NCBI RefSeq assembly: GCF_009914755.1
Contig: NC_060933.1
Source: the human T2T-CHM13v2.0 reference genome, Homo sapiens
DNA length: 64,000 nucleotides
Direction: 5' to 3' (one strand)
Part shown: positions 15,918 through 31,504 of the stretch, piece by piece
Numbering within the stretch: the stretch's first letter is position 1
Layout of the letters: the number at the start of each line of letters is the position of its first letter
The notes under the pieces: generated by a model
Told to the model about the DNA's origin: nothing
What the model saw: only the letters and a program-made list of their open reading frames with translations
Databases searched by the model: none
Translations under genes and position numbers: made by a program

Positions 15918-16197
15918 ATGCAAGGGCTGGTCCCTCTGCAGGCTCTCGGGAGGATCCCAGCCCGTCCAGCCTCGAGCATCTGAGGCCCTGTCATGCTGCA
16001 TCACTGCCTCCTTTCTCCACATTTTGAGGACCCTGTGATTCCCTTGGGCTTGTCTGGGTAATCCAGGACAGGATTCTTATTTGGAGGTCAGCTGACAGGC
16101 AGCCTTCATTGAATTTTGCCACGCAATGCAGCATATTCGCAGGTTCTGGAGAGGAGGATGTGGACAGCTTTGGGAGGTCATTGTCCTGCCTACCGCA
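15918..16197 (-). mobile_element. MLT1 (ERVL-MaLR) LTR fragment
   Basis: gggtaatccagga...ggtcagctga...gcatattcgcaggttctgg...ggatgtggaca...cctgcctaccgca. Confidence 0.7.
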
Positions 16198-16887
16198 AAG
16201 CTCTTATTAGGTGGCTGGTCTTCTTTTTCAACCTGTTAACTTACGTTTTTCTAGTGTCAGCTGTTTTTGGCTAATGAGATGTTCCTACTCTTTATTTGAT
16301 ATTCTTTGTCACTTTCCTCAAACATGCCCCTCAACAGGCAGTGATACCATTTTTCTCCAGTTAGAGCTGAAGTTGGCCTTTGAAGGTGGATTCAAGGACT
16401 TGGTAACTGCATTTCTGCTTACAGTTTCAGGGAGTCCTGGGCTCTAATCTAAAGATTCTACTTGTGCAGGCCTTCATCTTTGTTGGTTGGTGTTGAAAGA
16501 AAGGGAGCGAATGGTGGCTCCAGGCCTTCTCTCTGGGCTGCTTTGTGCTTCGCTTGTTATGGGTGCAGGTCCTGGCCTTGGAATTAATCGCAAACAAGTC
16601 TTGGACTTCTCAGAAGTGGTGGAAGACTGTCAGATGCTCTTTTCACCCAACACAGTTTAAGCAGCTGAGTTGTATTTCATCCACTGAAAGGAAAATCCAG
16701 TTCTTGAGCTTCAGAACGTGAACGGCTTAGGAAAGTCTTAGGGCCAAGATCTTACAAGTGGACAATCATTGGGCACTGATAAGATCTTAGATGGTAGCTC
16801 CTTGTTGAATTTCTGGCTCCTGCATTCAGATTAGCCTGGTACTGGTTGCTCACCATCCACTGTTGACACTTACGTTTGTTTTCTCAG

Positions 16888-17016
16888 GTCCGGGCCCACC
16901 AGCTGGTCTTGCCACCTTGCGACGTAGTGATCAAAGCCGTTGCTGACTATGTACGCAACATTCAGGACACCTCTGACTTGGATGCCATAGCTAAAGATGT
17001 TTTCCAGCATTCACAG
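16888..17016 (+). CDS. FAM120A: FAM120A coding exon 4 (129 nt, VRAHQLVLPP...DVFQHSQ)
   Basis: Acceptor ttttctcag|GTC and donor CAG|gtaaaa; 43 codons match the remembered FAM120A protein; phase 0-0. Confidence 0.97.
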
Positions 17017-17517
17017 GTAAAAAAAAAAAACAAACAAAACAAAAAAACAGATTCATGGGATATGACGTTGCATAGTGGTGTGGCCAGGTTTGGAAGAAGG
17101 GGACTTGAGGGTGCAAGCTGACTGGATGGGTCTGAGAGCTCTTGCTCAGGCCACTGGAAGAAAGCTGCAGGTTGCAAGGCCAGAGGCTGAGGTAGCCTGG
17201 TCATGTTCCCTGCCAGCCAGGAAGTCTCAGCCACTTCACCCAGCTTTTCCAGGCTGAATAAAAGGGAGATTCAGTTAGACGGTTGGTGAGGTCTCCTGCT
17301 CATAAGTTCTCGATCTTAACTTAATAGGATCTGTATTTCAGAGTTTTCAGAACATGAACTGTATCAAGTCAGTCATATGGCATTATAAATCTCTGATTTG
17401 TCTGTTTTCTTCAGGTGATTGTCAGGGATTTTCTTCTTTTTTGGGGAAGTAGGTGTGCCAACAAGTTGGCATCAGTAGAATAGGCAAGGCTCTGTGAAAC
17501 TCCTGCTGTGTCTCTAG

Positions 17518-18001
<484 letters not shown>

Positions 18002-18207
18002 CTACATTGCTTTAAAAGAATTCACGTTTGGTTTGATTCTTTTGTAGTAATCTATTGATTTTCCCTGAAAGTTTTAATGTCATTCAAAATTCTTCTCTAA
18101 CTTGAAAAGCTGTAGAATATTATACATGTGCTGAATTATAAAAAACATTGTGATACACATGACCAGTGGCACACTAATTTATGAAGGTTTTCCTGCCTTT
18201 ATTTCAG

Positions 18208-18304
18208 TCTAGAACAGATGACAAAGTTATTCGATTTAAGAGAGCAATTGGATATTATTCAGCGACTAGTAAGCCTATGTCATTTCATCCACCACATTAC
18301 TTAG
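18208..18304 (+). CDS. FAM120A: FAM120A coding exon 5 (97 nt, SRTDDKVIRFKRAIGYYSATSKPMSFHPPHYL)
   Basis: Acceptor tttatttcag|TCT and donor TAG|gtaagt; manual translation continues exon 4 in frame; phase 0-1. Not in the ORF track. Confidence 0.97.
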
Positions 18305-18694
18305 GTAAGTAAATAAAAGCCTGTGATCAATATTGACCATATGATAATCCAAGTAGGTTTAAATATTCACCATATAATCTTGTAGGTTTATGTTTTTGAA
18401 ACATGATTTTCTGTAGTTATGCCAGTAAGTATAGCCAAACTTCCTGGGCAGACTCAGTAGCAATCCCTGAAAATATTGAGGAGGAAGAGAACTTAACAGC
18501 CTTCATAGGATGAAGAAGAATCAGAGGGCATTGTGCAGATGAGGCAGCAGGTCGAGGGGATGTTGACGTCTTGGCAGCTCTGAGATATCCGCTTCTAAAT
18601 ACAGAATTGCCTGAGGACGTAGAAGGGCCTCCACAACTGCAAGTGATTTCATAAATGCAGTGTATTTGTAGTCTCTCTTTTCTTGACCCCTGCC

Positions 18695-19006
18695 TTTTTT
18701 TTTTTTTAATTCTTTTTTGTTGTTGAGCAGAGTATTGCACTGTCGCCCAGGCTGGAGTGCAGTAGTGTGACCTCGGCTCACTGCAACCTCTACCTCCCAG
18801 GCTCAAGTGATTTTTGTGCCCCAGCCTCCTAAGTAGCTGGGATTACAGGCATGCGCCACCATGCCCAGCTAATTTTTGTATTTTTAGTAGAGATGGGGTT
18901 TCACCATGTTGGCCAGACTTGTCTCGAACTCCTAGCCTCAAGCGATCTGCCCATCTCAGCCTCCCAAAATGCTGGGATTACAGGCATGAGCCACCACGTT
19001 CAGCCT
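18695..19006 (-). mobile_element. AluS/J element just downstream of exon 5
   Basis: Poly-T tail and full reverse dimer. Confidence 0.92.
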
Positions 19007-21977
19007 GCAAAAGACCAAAAGTTAATTCAGAGATTTGAAATTGGGAAATAAAAATATTTATAAGCTGTTAGCCTGAAGCCTGCTTCATATTGAACGTCTT
19101 GTGGAGGTTATAAAGCACTAAACTGTAAGTAGAAGTATGAGAAATAGACCCCAACTCTCATTTAAATTGTGTTGTTTGCTTCATCTAAGTTAACAAAAGA
19201 ATGATTGCATGTTCAAGAGACTCTTACTGGAAGGAGACTTTGTATTTATTTGAGAAGACTAATTCCAAGATTGAAAGTGGCCTTAAGAGCTGCACCCTTC
19301 ATTTATTCAAGCATAGTGTCTGCTGTATGCTAGGAACTGGGCATTGGAGATCAGAGGCATGGCACTGGCTTTGGCTGCCTATGTATGTGGCTGGGTGGTG
19401 GACAGAGAAACATGGCCTGTGCCGATGCCCTGTAATAAAGGAGGTAGGGCTTGTAACCTGGAGATGGGCATGGAGTGGCTGAATCTCCACTGCGAGGTCA
19501 GTAAATGGCAGCAGCCTCCCAGTGGGGCTCTTTGCTGCTCTCTTGCTCCCCTGCAATCCATTTTCTTCCCAGCGGCCAAAGTAATGTTTAAAAATGGCAG
19601 TTGGACTGTGCTACTCCCATGCTCAGAATTCCCCATTGGCTTCCCGTCACACTTGGAATAAATTCCCAACTACTTACCTTGCTTCCTCCCCATCATCTGA
19701 GACTGCTGGCTTCTCACTCCTGAGCGCAGCCTCCTTTCTTGCCTTGCATGAACCAAGCTAGCTTCTGCCCTGGGCCTCTGGGCCGGCTTTTGTGCCTGGA
19801 GGGCTCCTTTCTCTGACCAGCTTGTGTTTGTGCCCTTCTGATTTGTGAGATCCAGGCTGTTGTGTTCTCCAAGGTCTGCCTGGCTTTAAATCTCTGCACA
19901 CTCCTTGGCTTCTATTTGTCACCACCACCACCCCTTCCCCCGTCACTCCCCACAATGTAAAGTCTAGGGTAATGAGGGCCTATTAGTCACCTTTACTTTT
20001 ATATCCCCAGTGGATAAATATTTGACTGAATGAATTGATCCACTTGGTTTTTAAATCAAGAGAGTGAAGTGGTGAGATGTGTTTTAGGATTATTTTTGGA
20101 AAAGGGGGCACAGAGCATCAGCAGGAGGGAGACTAGCTGTATACTGTTTCATCAGTTAAGGTGAGGCATTATGGGACCAGATCTCAGTGTGTCTACTGTA
20201 TACCCTGCACACAGAAGATGTCTAATAATTGCTTGTGGGAATGATGGGGAGCATGAACATTGCCACCTGTGGCCTACTGCCTCCTGACCTCGAGCTCCCT
20301 ATTTTATAGAATGGGGTCATTATGTGAATATTAAAAGAGAAGGCGTATGTAAGGTGCTTTAGTGAAGTACTTGTTCAGTCATTCAATGCCCTTTTAAGTA
20401 ATTCTGCCTATAAGAATAACAGATACTGTCTGATAGTAGATACTGTCATTATTCTTCTCATTGGCAGAATGGCCTCAACAGGCACTGAATGATTGGGCAT
20501 TGGAATGAGCAGTGAGGAGCCTGAAGGAGCGCTCAGAGGTGGGGCCGGCAGTCTCCTGTGTTTCACTGACATTGTGCTCCTGTGGGACAGTCTGTATGGC
20601 AGGTGTAGTTTAGAAAGTCCTTAGAGTGTACTTGGGACTGGAAAATCTACTTAGGAGAAAATTAGGAAGATAAGTATAGAGAAAGGCAGCACACTTAATA
20701 TTTGGCATTGATCTGGGCTCATAATTATGAAGATGTTTTGAATAGGCAAGGTGAGTTAAGTTTGAATATCTTAAAAATATGTTCTGTCAAGTGCTTTTGT
20801 GTTCTTATCAAATTATTAAGATTTTAGGTGAGTATTTTAGAGGTGAAGTTTACTCAGAATTTAGTTTCACTTTCATTTTCACTACTCGGTGGTTTATGGA
20901 GAACAGCAAAGTAACTGGTAGAGTTTGGGATGCTTGGGATGATAGTTTGAGGCAGCTTAGGGTAGGCATGAACTGCCTGTAAATCCTCCTGTACAGCATT
21001 CCCTGATGCTTCTGGCTGTTGCAGAAATGAGGGTTGTATGCGGAGGGACTAACAAAAGTACAGGCACAGAATGACAGCCAGGCAGGAAGTTTGGGCAGTG
21101 TAGAATTTTAAGATGACGGGTATGCAGTCTGGAATGGCAGGAGACAAGCCTGGAGAGAGGCTTCAGGCAAGATTGGGAAGGACGTTTTGTTTCAAGCTGC
21201 ATACACATGATTTGGAACTAGCAGAAATGGATTCTTGTAAAAATCACTTTAGTTTTTTTCTGATAACTCTGAAGAAACATAAATTACATTAGCTGTCATT
21301 GATTTTTACCCCTGCATACTACTGGGATCCTACCAGTGAAACTAACAGGGCGAAGACTGGAACCTAAGTTGAAAGTCTAGAAGGAACAACATGGAGTCGG
21401 TGGGACCCTTTCTGGCAACTCAAGTTAGAACCCATGATGTATTTTCCATAGAAATATTTTTATAAGTAGTAGATAGGTCCTAAGTGGTCTTTGGTGATCT
21501 GTCATAGAATCCAACCACAGTCCATTATATTATTCTACAGGAAAATAATTCAGAATTTTGAAGAACCAATGTGGGGATATTAGTTTCTTGTTGTATTAGA
21601 ATTTATCTTATTAATCATTCAGAAATTGGAATATGTGTAGAGTTTTGAAGAAATTTTAGGGTAATCATATTATAAGCTTAGAGAGCATGGCTATAGGGGA
21701 AAAACATGGGGTGAGTTGATCTAACCAGAGGTTTCTAAACTTGGCTGGAATTTTAGATTCCACCTCAAAACTGCTATTTTAGCATCTTAATTGGGCCTTA
21801 GGAATTTATATTTTTTAAAAAGGAATGTTCCTAGCTAGGTACCAGTTGGCCTGGCTTTTAGGAACCACAACTCATCCTCTGTGCCTTTCTTTGTAAGCCT
21901 GTAAATCTATCTGCAATATTGAGAAAAATACCTCAGATCTCTAAACAGTTATTGGGTAGTGTAGAGTTCTTAGGAGG

Positions 21978-21979
<2 letters not shown>

Positions 21980-22018
<39 letters not shown>
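21980..22018. repeat. (CA)n microsatellite
   Basis: Direct reading. Confidence 0.95.
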
Positions 22019-22019
<1 letters not shown>

Positions 22020-22469
22020 TTGCAATATAGTCTCCCAGAAATCGTGTATTTTGAGATGATTTTGAAAATAAGTGGTGGTGAGATGCATACTTATTTTTAA
22101 GCATTCACTATGTCATAATTACTAAGCGAGGACCTGCCTATCTGGAAATGGTTGTGATTTGTTCTTTCTGTCTCAGCATGTAAAATCTGCTATAGCTCTC
22201 CACGAAATCACCAATCTAAATGCAAGCACAAATAAGATATGTGATAGTTGAGATTTCAAAATATTTAGTTCCCTAGTTAAACCAGTTGCTTCAAAATCAT
22301 TGGTGGAATTTACTAAAGTAACAAGTAACACAACTAACACTGAGGTCTCACCTCAGATCTGTGGATGTGGAATCTATGGGCACAGATCCTGTGTGCAGGT
22401 GAAATTGAGGCTGAAGAAGTAGCCACTGTGTCATTGGCCTTCCTTAGTGAAAAGTAAATGGGCTCCTAC

Positions 22470-23270
22470 TACACATTTTAATTACACATTTGTTAGAATG
22501 ATTAACATAGAAAACACCAACAACACTAAATGCTGGTGAGGATGGGTAGCAACAGATTGTGCTGCTAATGGGATTGCAAAAATGGTACAGCGACTTTGGA
22601 AGACAGCTTCGCAGATATTTACAAAATTCCCAAGTCATGCTTGTTGGTGTTTGCCCAAAGGAGTTGAAAACTTATGTCTACGCAAAAACCTGCACACAGA
22701 TATTTAAAGCAACTTTATTCATAATAGCCAATGCTTGGAGGCTACCAATATGTCTTCAGTAGGTCAACAGGGAAATAAAGTTTGGTGTATCTAAGCAATG
22801 AAATAATCAACACTAAAAAGCAATGCGCTATCAAGCCATGAAAAGATGCAGAGGAACATAAGTACATATCACTAAGTGAAAGAAGCCAATCAGAAAAGGC
22901 TACATACTGTGCGATTCCAACTATAGGACATCTGGAAAAGGCCAAAAGTATGGAGGCAGGAAAAAGATCAAGGGTTGCCAGAGGTTGTGGGGAGGGAGGG
23001 ATGATTAGGCAGATTTTTGGGGCAGTGAAACTATTCTGTATGATACTGTAACGGTGGATACATGGCATTATACTTCTAGCCATATCCAGAATACGTACAG
23101 CACCAAGAGTGAACCCTAATGCCAACTGTGGGCATTAGGTAATCATAATGTAGCCAGGTTTGGCTCATTGGTTGGAACAAATGTGTCACACCAATGCGAA
23201 GTGTGTACTCTGCTCAAGATTTTTGTAACCTTGAAACTGCTCAAAAAAAAAAGTATATATATATATATTT
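22470..23270 (+). mobile_element. L1M (L1MC/MD-like) 3' fragment
   Basis: gagttgaaaacttatgtc, gcaactttattcataatagcc, ctaagtgaaagaagccaatc, caccaagagtgaaccctaat. Confidence 0.85.
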
Positions 23271-24395
23271 TAAAGTAAAGAGCTCGTTGATTTGTGCATT
23301 TCATGACAGGCAGTGTGCTGGGTGCTGAATGGTGTGGTAAATAAGAGAGGAGTTACCGTTGCCCCTACAGATGAATGTATAGTGGGGAAGTGAACACCAG
23401 GGAATCCTGCAGGAAAGAGAACAGGAACCTCAAGGAAGACCAACCTGATTGAATCAATCTACGATTAAAATGGCTGGTTCTGATTGATTAGATTATTGTT
23501 GAGTGGGGTTTGGGGGTTCAGGCATCTAGCAAGGTGCCAATATGGGAAGAAGTGTATTCCATGCAGGGGAGGTGGCATGTGAGAGGTCCTGAGTTAGGAG
23601 GACATAGTGAAGAAGAAAAATAAGAAGAATGTGGTTGAAGCACAGAAAGCGGGGAGAGTGGTCAGGTGATGCTGAGAGCGGCAGTGCAGTTGCCAGGCAC
23701 CACCTTGGATTTTAGACTTTATTCTTAGAACGTGAAAGCTCATGGAATAATTTTTACCTGTAAAAAAAATGATTTTGTAACTATCATACTACAATGTGTT
23801 AGTCTTAGAACATTACTAATATCTTAGCCCTCTTATATGTCTTCGCTGGTTGCATTCCTCGACTCTCTACCACCCTCAATTTTGTATTAGTTATTCTGTG
23901 CTTCTCTATATAATTTTATCGTGTCTGTATGTCTGGATACTAAATAGTTTCATTTTGTTTGTTATGAAATAAAATCATATAGCATGTACTCCTCTGACTT
24001 GCCTTCTTAATATTTATATTATTGTGTTTCATTCATGTTGGCATAGTTCATTTTTTAATGCTGTGCAGCATTCCATTGTATTAATATATATTTGTCCATT
24101 CTACTGTTGATGGAGAATGGACTGTTTCCAGCTGCTTGCCATGATGGATAGCGCACTTGTGAACATTGTTTCATGTGACCTGATGTGCCCAGGAGTGGAA
24201 TTCCAGGGAACCTCCAGGGTAGGGCCCTGTTCAAGCCTCTGCTGCTGCCGGACACGGATACACCTATTTATTCTCCTGGCAGAAGTGAAAGAACCCTCTC
24301 ATTGCTCCACGTTTTATTATTTTTTGGTCTAGTGATTATGAAACTATATCCTGTAAAGGTTTCAGTTGCATTTCCCTGATTACTAATGAGGTTGA

Positions 24396-24774
<379 letters not shown>

Positions 24775-25990
24775 TGTTCGCTTGTGTTTCTGTTGGGTTG
24801 TTTTTCTTTTTGCTTATTCATAGGGATACTTAATATATATATTGGATGCTAGTCAGATAAATGGACTGCAAATAATAATCTTCCAATCTGTGGCTTGCAT
24901 TTTTCTGTCTTCATGATGTGCTTTGATATCAGAGTTCTTAATGTCAAATACATGAATTTTTCCCTTTGTTGTTTGTACCTTTAAGTCCTATCCTGTATTT
25001 ATGGATGAAATGATGTCATGTCTGAGATTTGCTTCACAATAATGCAGTAGTGGGCAAAGAAGGGTGGAAGTGCAGATGACACGCAATAGGCTGTGTGCTG
25101 GTTAATTTTGAGGGTGGTTGATAGATATGTGTGGCTTATTGTACAGTTCCCTTTTTTCTTGTGTTTGTTTAAAGTGTTACATGAGAAGGAGAAAAAGAAA
25201 ACATAAAGGAAGAATTCCTCCCTAGCCTGAGGTGATAAACACTTTGTCTTCTAAAAGTTTTATTTATGATTTTGCCCTTTGATACTACCTGGCACTGAAT
25301 TTTGTTTATGGTTTGAGTGAGGGAATTCAGTTTCTTGTTCACCGTGTGGAGAACCTGTTGCCTTAGTATTGTCCACTGAGAATGCTATCCTCTTCTGACA
25401 TGTTGAGTGTCTCCGTGTGTGGGTCTGTTTCTGGGCTCAGTTCTGTTGAATTTCTGATTATCTTCATGCCACAGGATTATGCCGTTCTAGTTGCCATAGC
25501 CTTGTAATAATACTTGATGTCTGATTGGGGAAATCTGCCCATGTAATATTTCTGCAAGAGGTCGAGACTGTTCTTGATCCTTTTCACTTTTATGTACATT
25601 TTATGATCTTTGTGGAGATTTTGATTGGAATTACACCAACTCTGTAGATCAATTTGGAAAGAATAAAATCTTTATTATTGAGTGTACTAAAGAAAATGTT
25701 ACATTTCTTTATTGATTTGAATTGTCCTGAATATCTTTCCGTAAACTTGAATTTTCTTCATTAAGCATTCATAACATCTTTTCTTAGAGATATTGCTAAA
25801 TATTTATTTTTGGGTGCTATTTCTATGTGTGTCTTATATTTTCAAATTAATACTGTAAGTTGATTTTATCTTAACAACTTTGCTCAGTTCTTATTAATTT
25901 TCATAGTTTATTTGTATCTTGCTTTGGCTGATTGTGTCTCCTCTAGTATCTTTTTGATCTTCCTGATCCACTGAGCCAGCTGTGACTTAG

Positions 25991-26314
<324 letters not shown>

Positions 26315-29300
26315 AGGGCACGATTTTTAATAGAAGGTGCGATGGTGACTGTTCTTGTCTAGCCCTTGATCTTAAGGGGGAGTCTGATGTCTTGTCATCT
26401 TAACCCTTAGCATTATCTCCTCTACCTTTTCCATGTTAAAGAAATATCCTCATGAAAGAGTTTTAATCTGGGAGTGGTGTGCTGAGGTGTGCATTTGAAT
26501 TGCTTGGGCCTCAGTGTGCAGAGGGGATCAGAGTGGGCAAGGGCAGGTATAGGGAAAGGAGTGGGAAACTCTTTCAGTATTGAGGCAAGGCATGGTTGCA
26601 GTCCCTGGGGCAAGTTCTCCTCTGTGGGAGGCAGGAGTGCTGGGTGGATTTCATAGGTTTTTGGGAGATGGAATAAGTAGATAGTAGATATTGATGCTTG
26701 ATTATAGAAGCTCAATGAAAAGAATTCGGGGGAAATGGCTCCCAGAGTTTTGGCTTGAGCAGCTCAGGTGAGGATGCCATTAATGAGATAAAGATGGTTG
26801 GAGGAAGAGCAGATTTGGAGGATGGTTTTGGATACGAATGTTGAGGCGCCTTCTAGGATCCCGGTGGAGATGGGAAACAGGCATTAGAATGCACAGGTGA
26901 AAGCAGAGTGAGGAGCTAAGCTGGAGTCATGGGTTGCAGCTTTGCTGGTGTGTAATGCTGAGAGGAGCTGTGGTGGTGGAAGCGGAGGATAAAGAGATGG
27001 CGCCCCTGGGGCCAGATGCAGGAGGTGGGTGCACAGAAAGAGTGGCTCAGCGAGGCCAGGGGAGATACCCTGTGCACAGTTGTTAGCAGCGCTGAGTTCT
27101 GAGAGGTTGGGCAAGATGAGGGCGCTGCCTGATAGATGGAGTGTCAGTAGGACCACTCAGGGCAGGCTTCGGCTGAATTTGGAGCTCCCAAACCTTGTGT
27201 ATGTACAATTGGTTGGCCCTCAATAAGAGGCAGTGGATCCTAGGAAAAGTCATTTTTAGCTTTCCTTCTTCCTCAGTATAGAAATTCGTAGAAGAGGATA
27301 GGATGGGTGGCAAGTACCACGCCTCTCTCCAGTCATTTCCATAAAGGGGTGGGGCTTTGAAATGCAGCGGAGAATTGAACAGGTTGAAGTTGTTATGGGG
27401 ATGATGACTACTGAGAGAGAGGGGTTAAAGATACAGAAGGGAGTGGTTTTGGTGCACATGTGGTTTTACAGTGAAGGTAGGGGAGCTTGATCTCTCATAG
27501 CAGACAGCCTCCTGCTACCTGGTCTTTTGAAAGTCTAGCCTCCACTAAGCAGCATGGGGAGGTCACAGAGTGAGTAGACTGAGGGCATATGTGTAGAGCA
27601 GCCAGGCTGCTGTGTGTCAGAGAAGAAATTTGCAAATAGGACCATGTTGAAAAAGGTGCTAATCAGTACTAAGCAAAGAACAGATGCTACACAGTGATGA
27701 GCAACCTGGTCCTGGTCACAGCAACACAGTGACCTCTGGGTGTAGCAGCTGCCAGGTGCTTGGGAAGGGCCCCGTGGTGTGTTTCATTGGGACAGGAGCC
27801 TGTGGTCAGCCTGTGCCCTGACAGGTCCCCAAGGCTGGTCACATTCTACCAGACCAGACTGTGTCTGAGGGATCACCTTCCTGCAACGCCCAGTGACTGA
27901 CCTGGATGCAGACCTAGGAGACAGCAGGCTGAGTGGCCTGGGGTGGGCACTGCTACCTCCAGCTCAGGCAGCCTGCCCAGGAGAGGGAATTCATGTTGTG
28001 AAAGTTACTTGTGACAAACCTGAGGGAGAAGCTGGGTTGGTCCTGGGGCTGGTGTTCTGGGCTCTGGCCATGGGGATCCTGCCCCTGCTTTGCTCTTGGG
28101 CATCACTCCATCCTGACTGAGAGGGGCTCCTGTGCTGCATGAGGTCTGTGTGTCCTGCTGCTCCCCTGACTTTTCCATAGAATAAACAGCCCTACTTCAT
28201 ATGTGTCACCACAGCCCTGATCCCAGTGTCGCATTGCTCAATAGATAGTGTTAACAGTTATTTTGAAAATACACACGATCTCTCTCCAATAACATACCCC
28301 CCAGAATCTGAGAACATGAGAAAATATCCCACTCGGAAGTTGGAAAGACAATATGTAAAGAATGATTTTAAATGCCAGATGACTGATCCTAAGCTGCGGA
28401 GAAAAGGTGTTCAGCCTCCAGGGAACTCAATGGCATGCCACTCAGACCCTGGAGGTCTGAACAGAGCCCACTGCAGGCTCTGGTGAGAAATCTGTAGTGT
28501 AACCTGCCTGAGTCAGCTGAGTGCTCTAGCAAAAGGACCAAAGGATAGAGGCAGGTCCTCTAGGGCAGAAAGAGTGGAAATGTGAAAGAGACCACATGGT
28601 GGCCCACACTGCCCCAGGCCATGCCTGGCTGACAGCTGGATGGCTGGACCCACCTGGACCCACCCAGTGGCCCTCCTGTCCTGTTGTGGTCAGGGCAGAA
28701 GTGGAGTGCCTGGGGCCTCCTGCAGAGGAGTGGGCTCAGCAGGGAGCATGGATGGCCTCGGGGGTTGGGACTGACCAAGCCTGGGGGCTATGAGCCGTAA
28801 GTGGGGCCCATTATAGAAGCTGGTGATGACTTTCTTATTTTCTCCAGAGATGGTCTGGTACTCTGCAATGTGGAGGTGCTATGTAATTTAGCCATGTCTC
28901 TGCTGTCGTTGTCAAGAACGTGTTTAGTTTTTTGCTACTATAATGATTTTTAAAAAAATTTTATTTTCATGAGGTATTCAATATTATACTATTGCAGTAT
29001 TTTACTAATAACCTTAAAAATTTGATATTCCTTAAAAATGTTATATTAAATCCTCACTTTGTCCTGTAGCTTTGCTTACTAGACTTGCCCTTTCTTAGAT
29101 TTTTACTAAAGTTTTGTTGTTGTTGTGATGAAAAACTGTTAACAAAAAATAGAAGAAACAGTAGAATGAGTGGTGGCGTACCTACTTCAGGTTATACAAA
29201 TGGCAACCTGTGCTTCAGATCAGTCTTTTAATAAAAAAGAGATGCTTCAGGCTTTTCTAAAAGTCATGTACAGACCCCTTGAACATGTTTTTATATTTTC

Positions 29301-31206
29301 TCACCTCATACATATGGAATAATTAATACATTAATTTTAAATTAAATTCTGTATTGTGCTTGCTGTTCTGCACTTGGTCTTTTTGAGATGCGTCCTAGTT
29401 CATCTTGATGAGTTTTTATCTTTAAAGCTAATGCAGATGACGTTGATGTTAAGCCCCGGAGGCTGACAGAATAAAGGGCACCAGAGGGAAGTCAGAGCAT
29501 TACTCCCATTGAGTAGAACGGCCACTCATCTTGCCCTTCTGGTCCAGAATTCCCAAGTAGAAAATTGGATTCTTCTGCTGGTGCTGGGGGCTTTGCTTTC
29601 AGCGTCTGCTCTGCGACCTTTCGCTCCATTTTCAGTGAGTTTGTGGTAGTTAGTGTGAAGTAGGAAGTGACACAGGCTGCCTGATCATGTGGCCGTTTTG
29701 GAAGGTCATTTTTATTTTGAACTTAAAAATCGAATGTTTTGGAAGAACCTACACCCTCCTTTGAGCTATTGTCTGATTTAAAAGACTGCAGTGTGTGTCT
29801 TCCCAAAGTGGATGCACTTAGGTTTATTAATGTTGTATTTGTTAATGGCGTTTCAATATTTGGTTACAAATGAGGAATGTCAGTTCAGTTTACCAGTGAC
29901 TTCAAAGTAGCGACCTGGTAGAGTTCTCTTTTAGGTTGTGGTTTTCCAAAACCCACAAATGGACAGAAACTAATTTATCTTATTTCATCATAGACTTATA
30001 AAACACATTTCAGTGGCTAAATGGGATTTGGGATTTTTGTTTGTTTGTTTTTGTGTTGCTTTTATGAGTGTGTGTAGAAACAGTCTTGATGTGTTGCCTG
30101 GCCTGGTCTGAACTGCCTCAGCCCCCAGTGTCGGGATTGTAGTCATGAGCCACCGTAACCAGCCTTGATGAGATGTAATGTTCCTATTCTGCCTTCTTGA
30201 ACTTTGCTCAGTCAGTACAAGTATTCTGTTCAAACTGATTAATTAAACCCAGGAACTGAATACATTTAGATAAAACTTGCTACTTGAGACTGGGGCACTG
30301 GGTAGATTCGAATGATGCCGTATCTCGTGATGTCTACCCTCTCACTATCCACATTCAGGGATGGAAAGGATTTGGGGAGTGAGGAATGTTTATAGAAGTT
30401 CAGCCCAGCTCCCTGCTGTAGAATGTTCTTGTATGAGCAGTCCAGCAGTCAGTAAAGCAACCCTTTTCATTGTTGAACTGCTCTCGTTCTTAGAAAGTTC
30501 TTGTTTCTGTTGACTTGAAATTTGCTTCCGTGGTTTAATTTTTCCCGCTGTTCCGAATTCTTTCACGTGCCACGCAGGATGTGCCTGTTCACTGAGTTCA
30601 TAATCTTACTTCTCATGGGCCTTGTACTTAGCCTTCTTCAAGCTGATCATGCCTCAGGTTTTGCCTCCTTCTGTCACCAGGCCTCCTCTTCTGGGCGCCG
30701 GCCTCTGGCTCTTCCCTTGGGGTCTGGCCAACACCGCAGGCTTTGGGCCAGCATCAGCTGCTCCCAGGCTCTTAGCTCTTGGGAGTTGCTCCTCCATCCT
30801 TTGCCTCCCTGGGCACTGACATTGCACCTGGTCTCAGTCCAGGCTTGGCCAGCCTGACCGGCTCTGTGGGGCCTCCTCTCCCTATAGGATGGCCAGACGC
30901 CGCGCCCTCCCACTGTGCTCCAAGGCCCCACCCTGCCTCTCTGGACACTGGATCTGTAGTGTAACGGGAACAGGTCACATGACAGTTTCCTTTCTATAAC
31001 TTTTTATCTTCTGTAGACTATTGAGATTTAGTAAACATGTCTGTTTGCACATGCTTAAAATGGTTGGAATGTTTTGCCTTGTCTGTGTTTGCAAGCGATG
31101 AAAATTAAAGGTGGTAGGGATTATATTGATTTGTTTAATCTTGGACTCGACATCTTCAAAGCTATATTTTTTGGGTGATACTTGAAAATCATACAATGTC
31201 TGCCTG

Positions 31207-31504
31207 TTTATTTATTTATTTATGAGATGGAGTCTCATTCTGTCACCCAGGCCAGAGTGCAGTGGCACGATCTCTGCTGATTACAGCCTCTGCCTCCAGG
31301 GTTCAAGCGATTTTCAGCCTCTGCCTCCCGAGTAGCTGGGGTTATAGGCGCCTGCCACCATGCCTGGCTAATTTTTTTATTTTTAGTAGAGACGGGCTTT
31401 CGCCATGTTGGTCAGGCTGATCTTGAACTCCTGACCTCAAGTGATTCGCCTGCCTTGGCCTCCCAAAGTGGTGGGATTACAGGCATGAGCCACTGAACCA
31501 GGCC
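31207..31504 (-). mobile_element. AluSx-like element
   Basis: (TTTA)n tail and full reverse dimer. Confidence 0.92.

Noticed and set aside
18410-18460. ctgtag|ttatgcca|gtaagt, a possible 8-nt microexon or acceptor just after exon 5
   Set aside because: Poor pyrimidine tract, frameshifting length, and no independent support.
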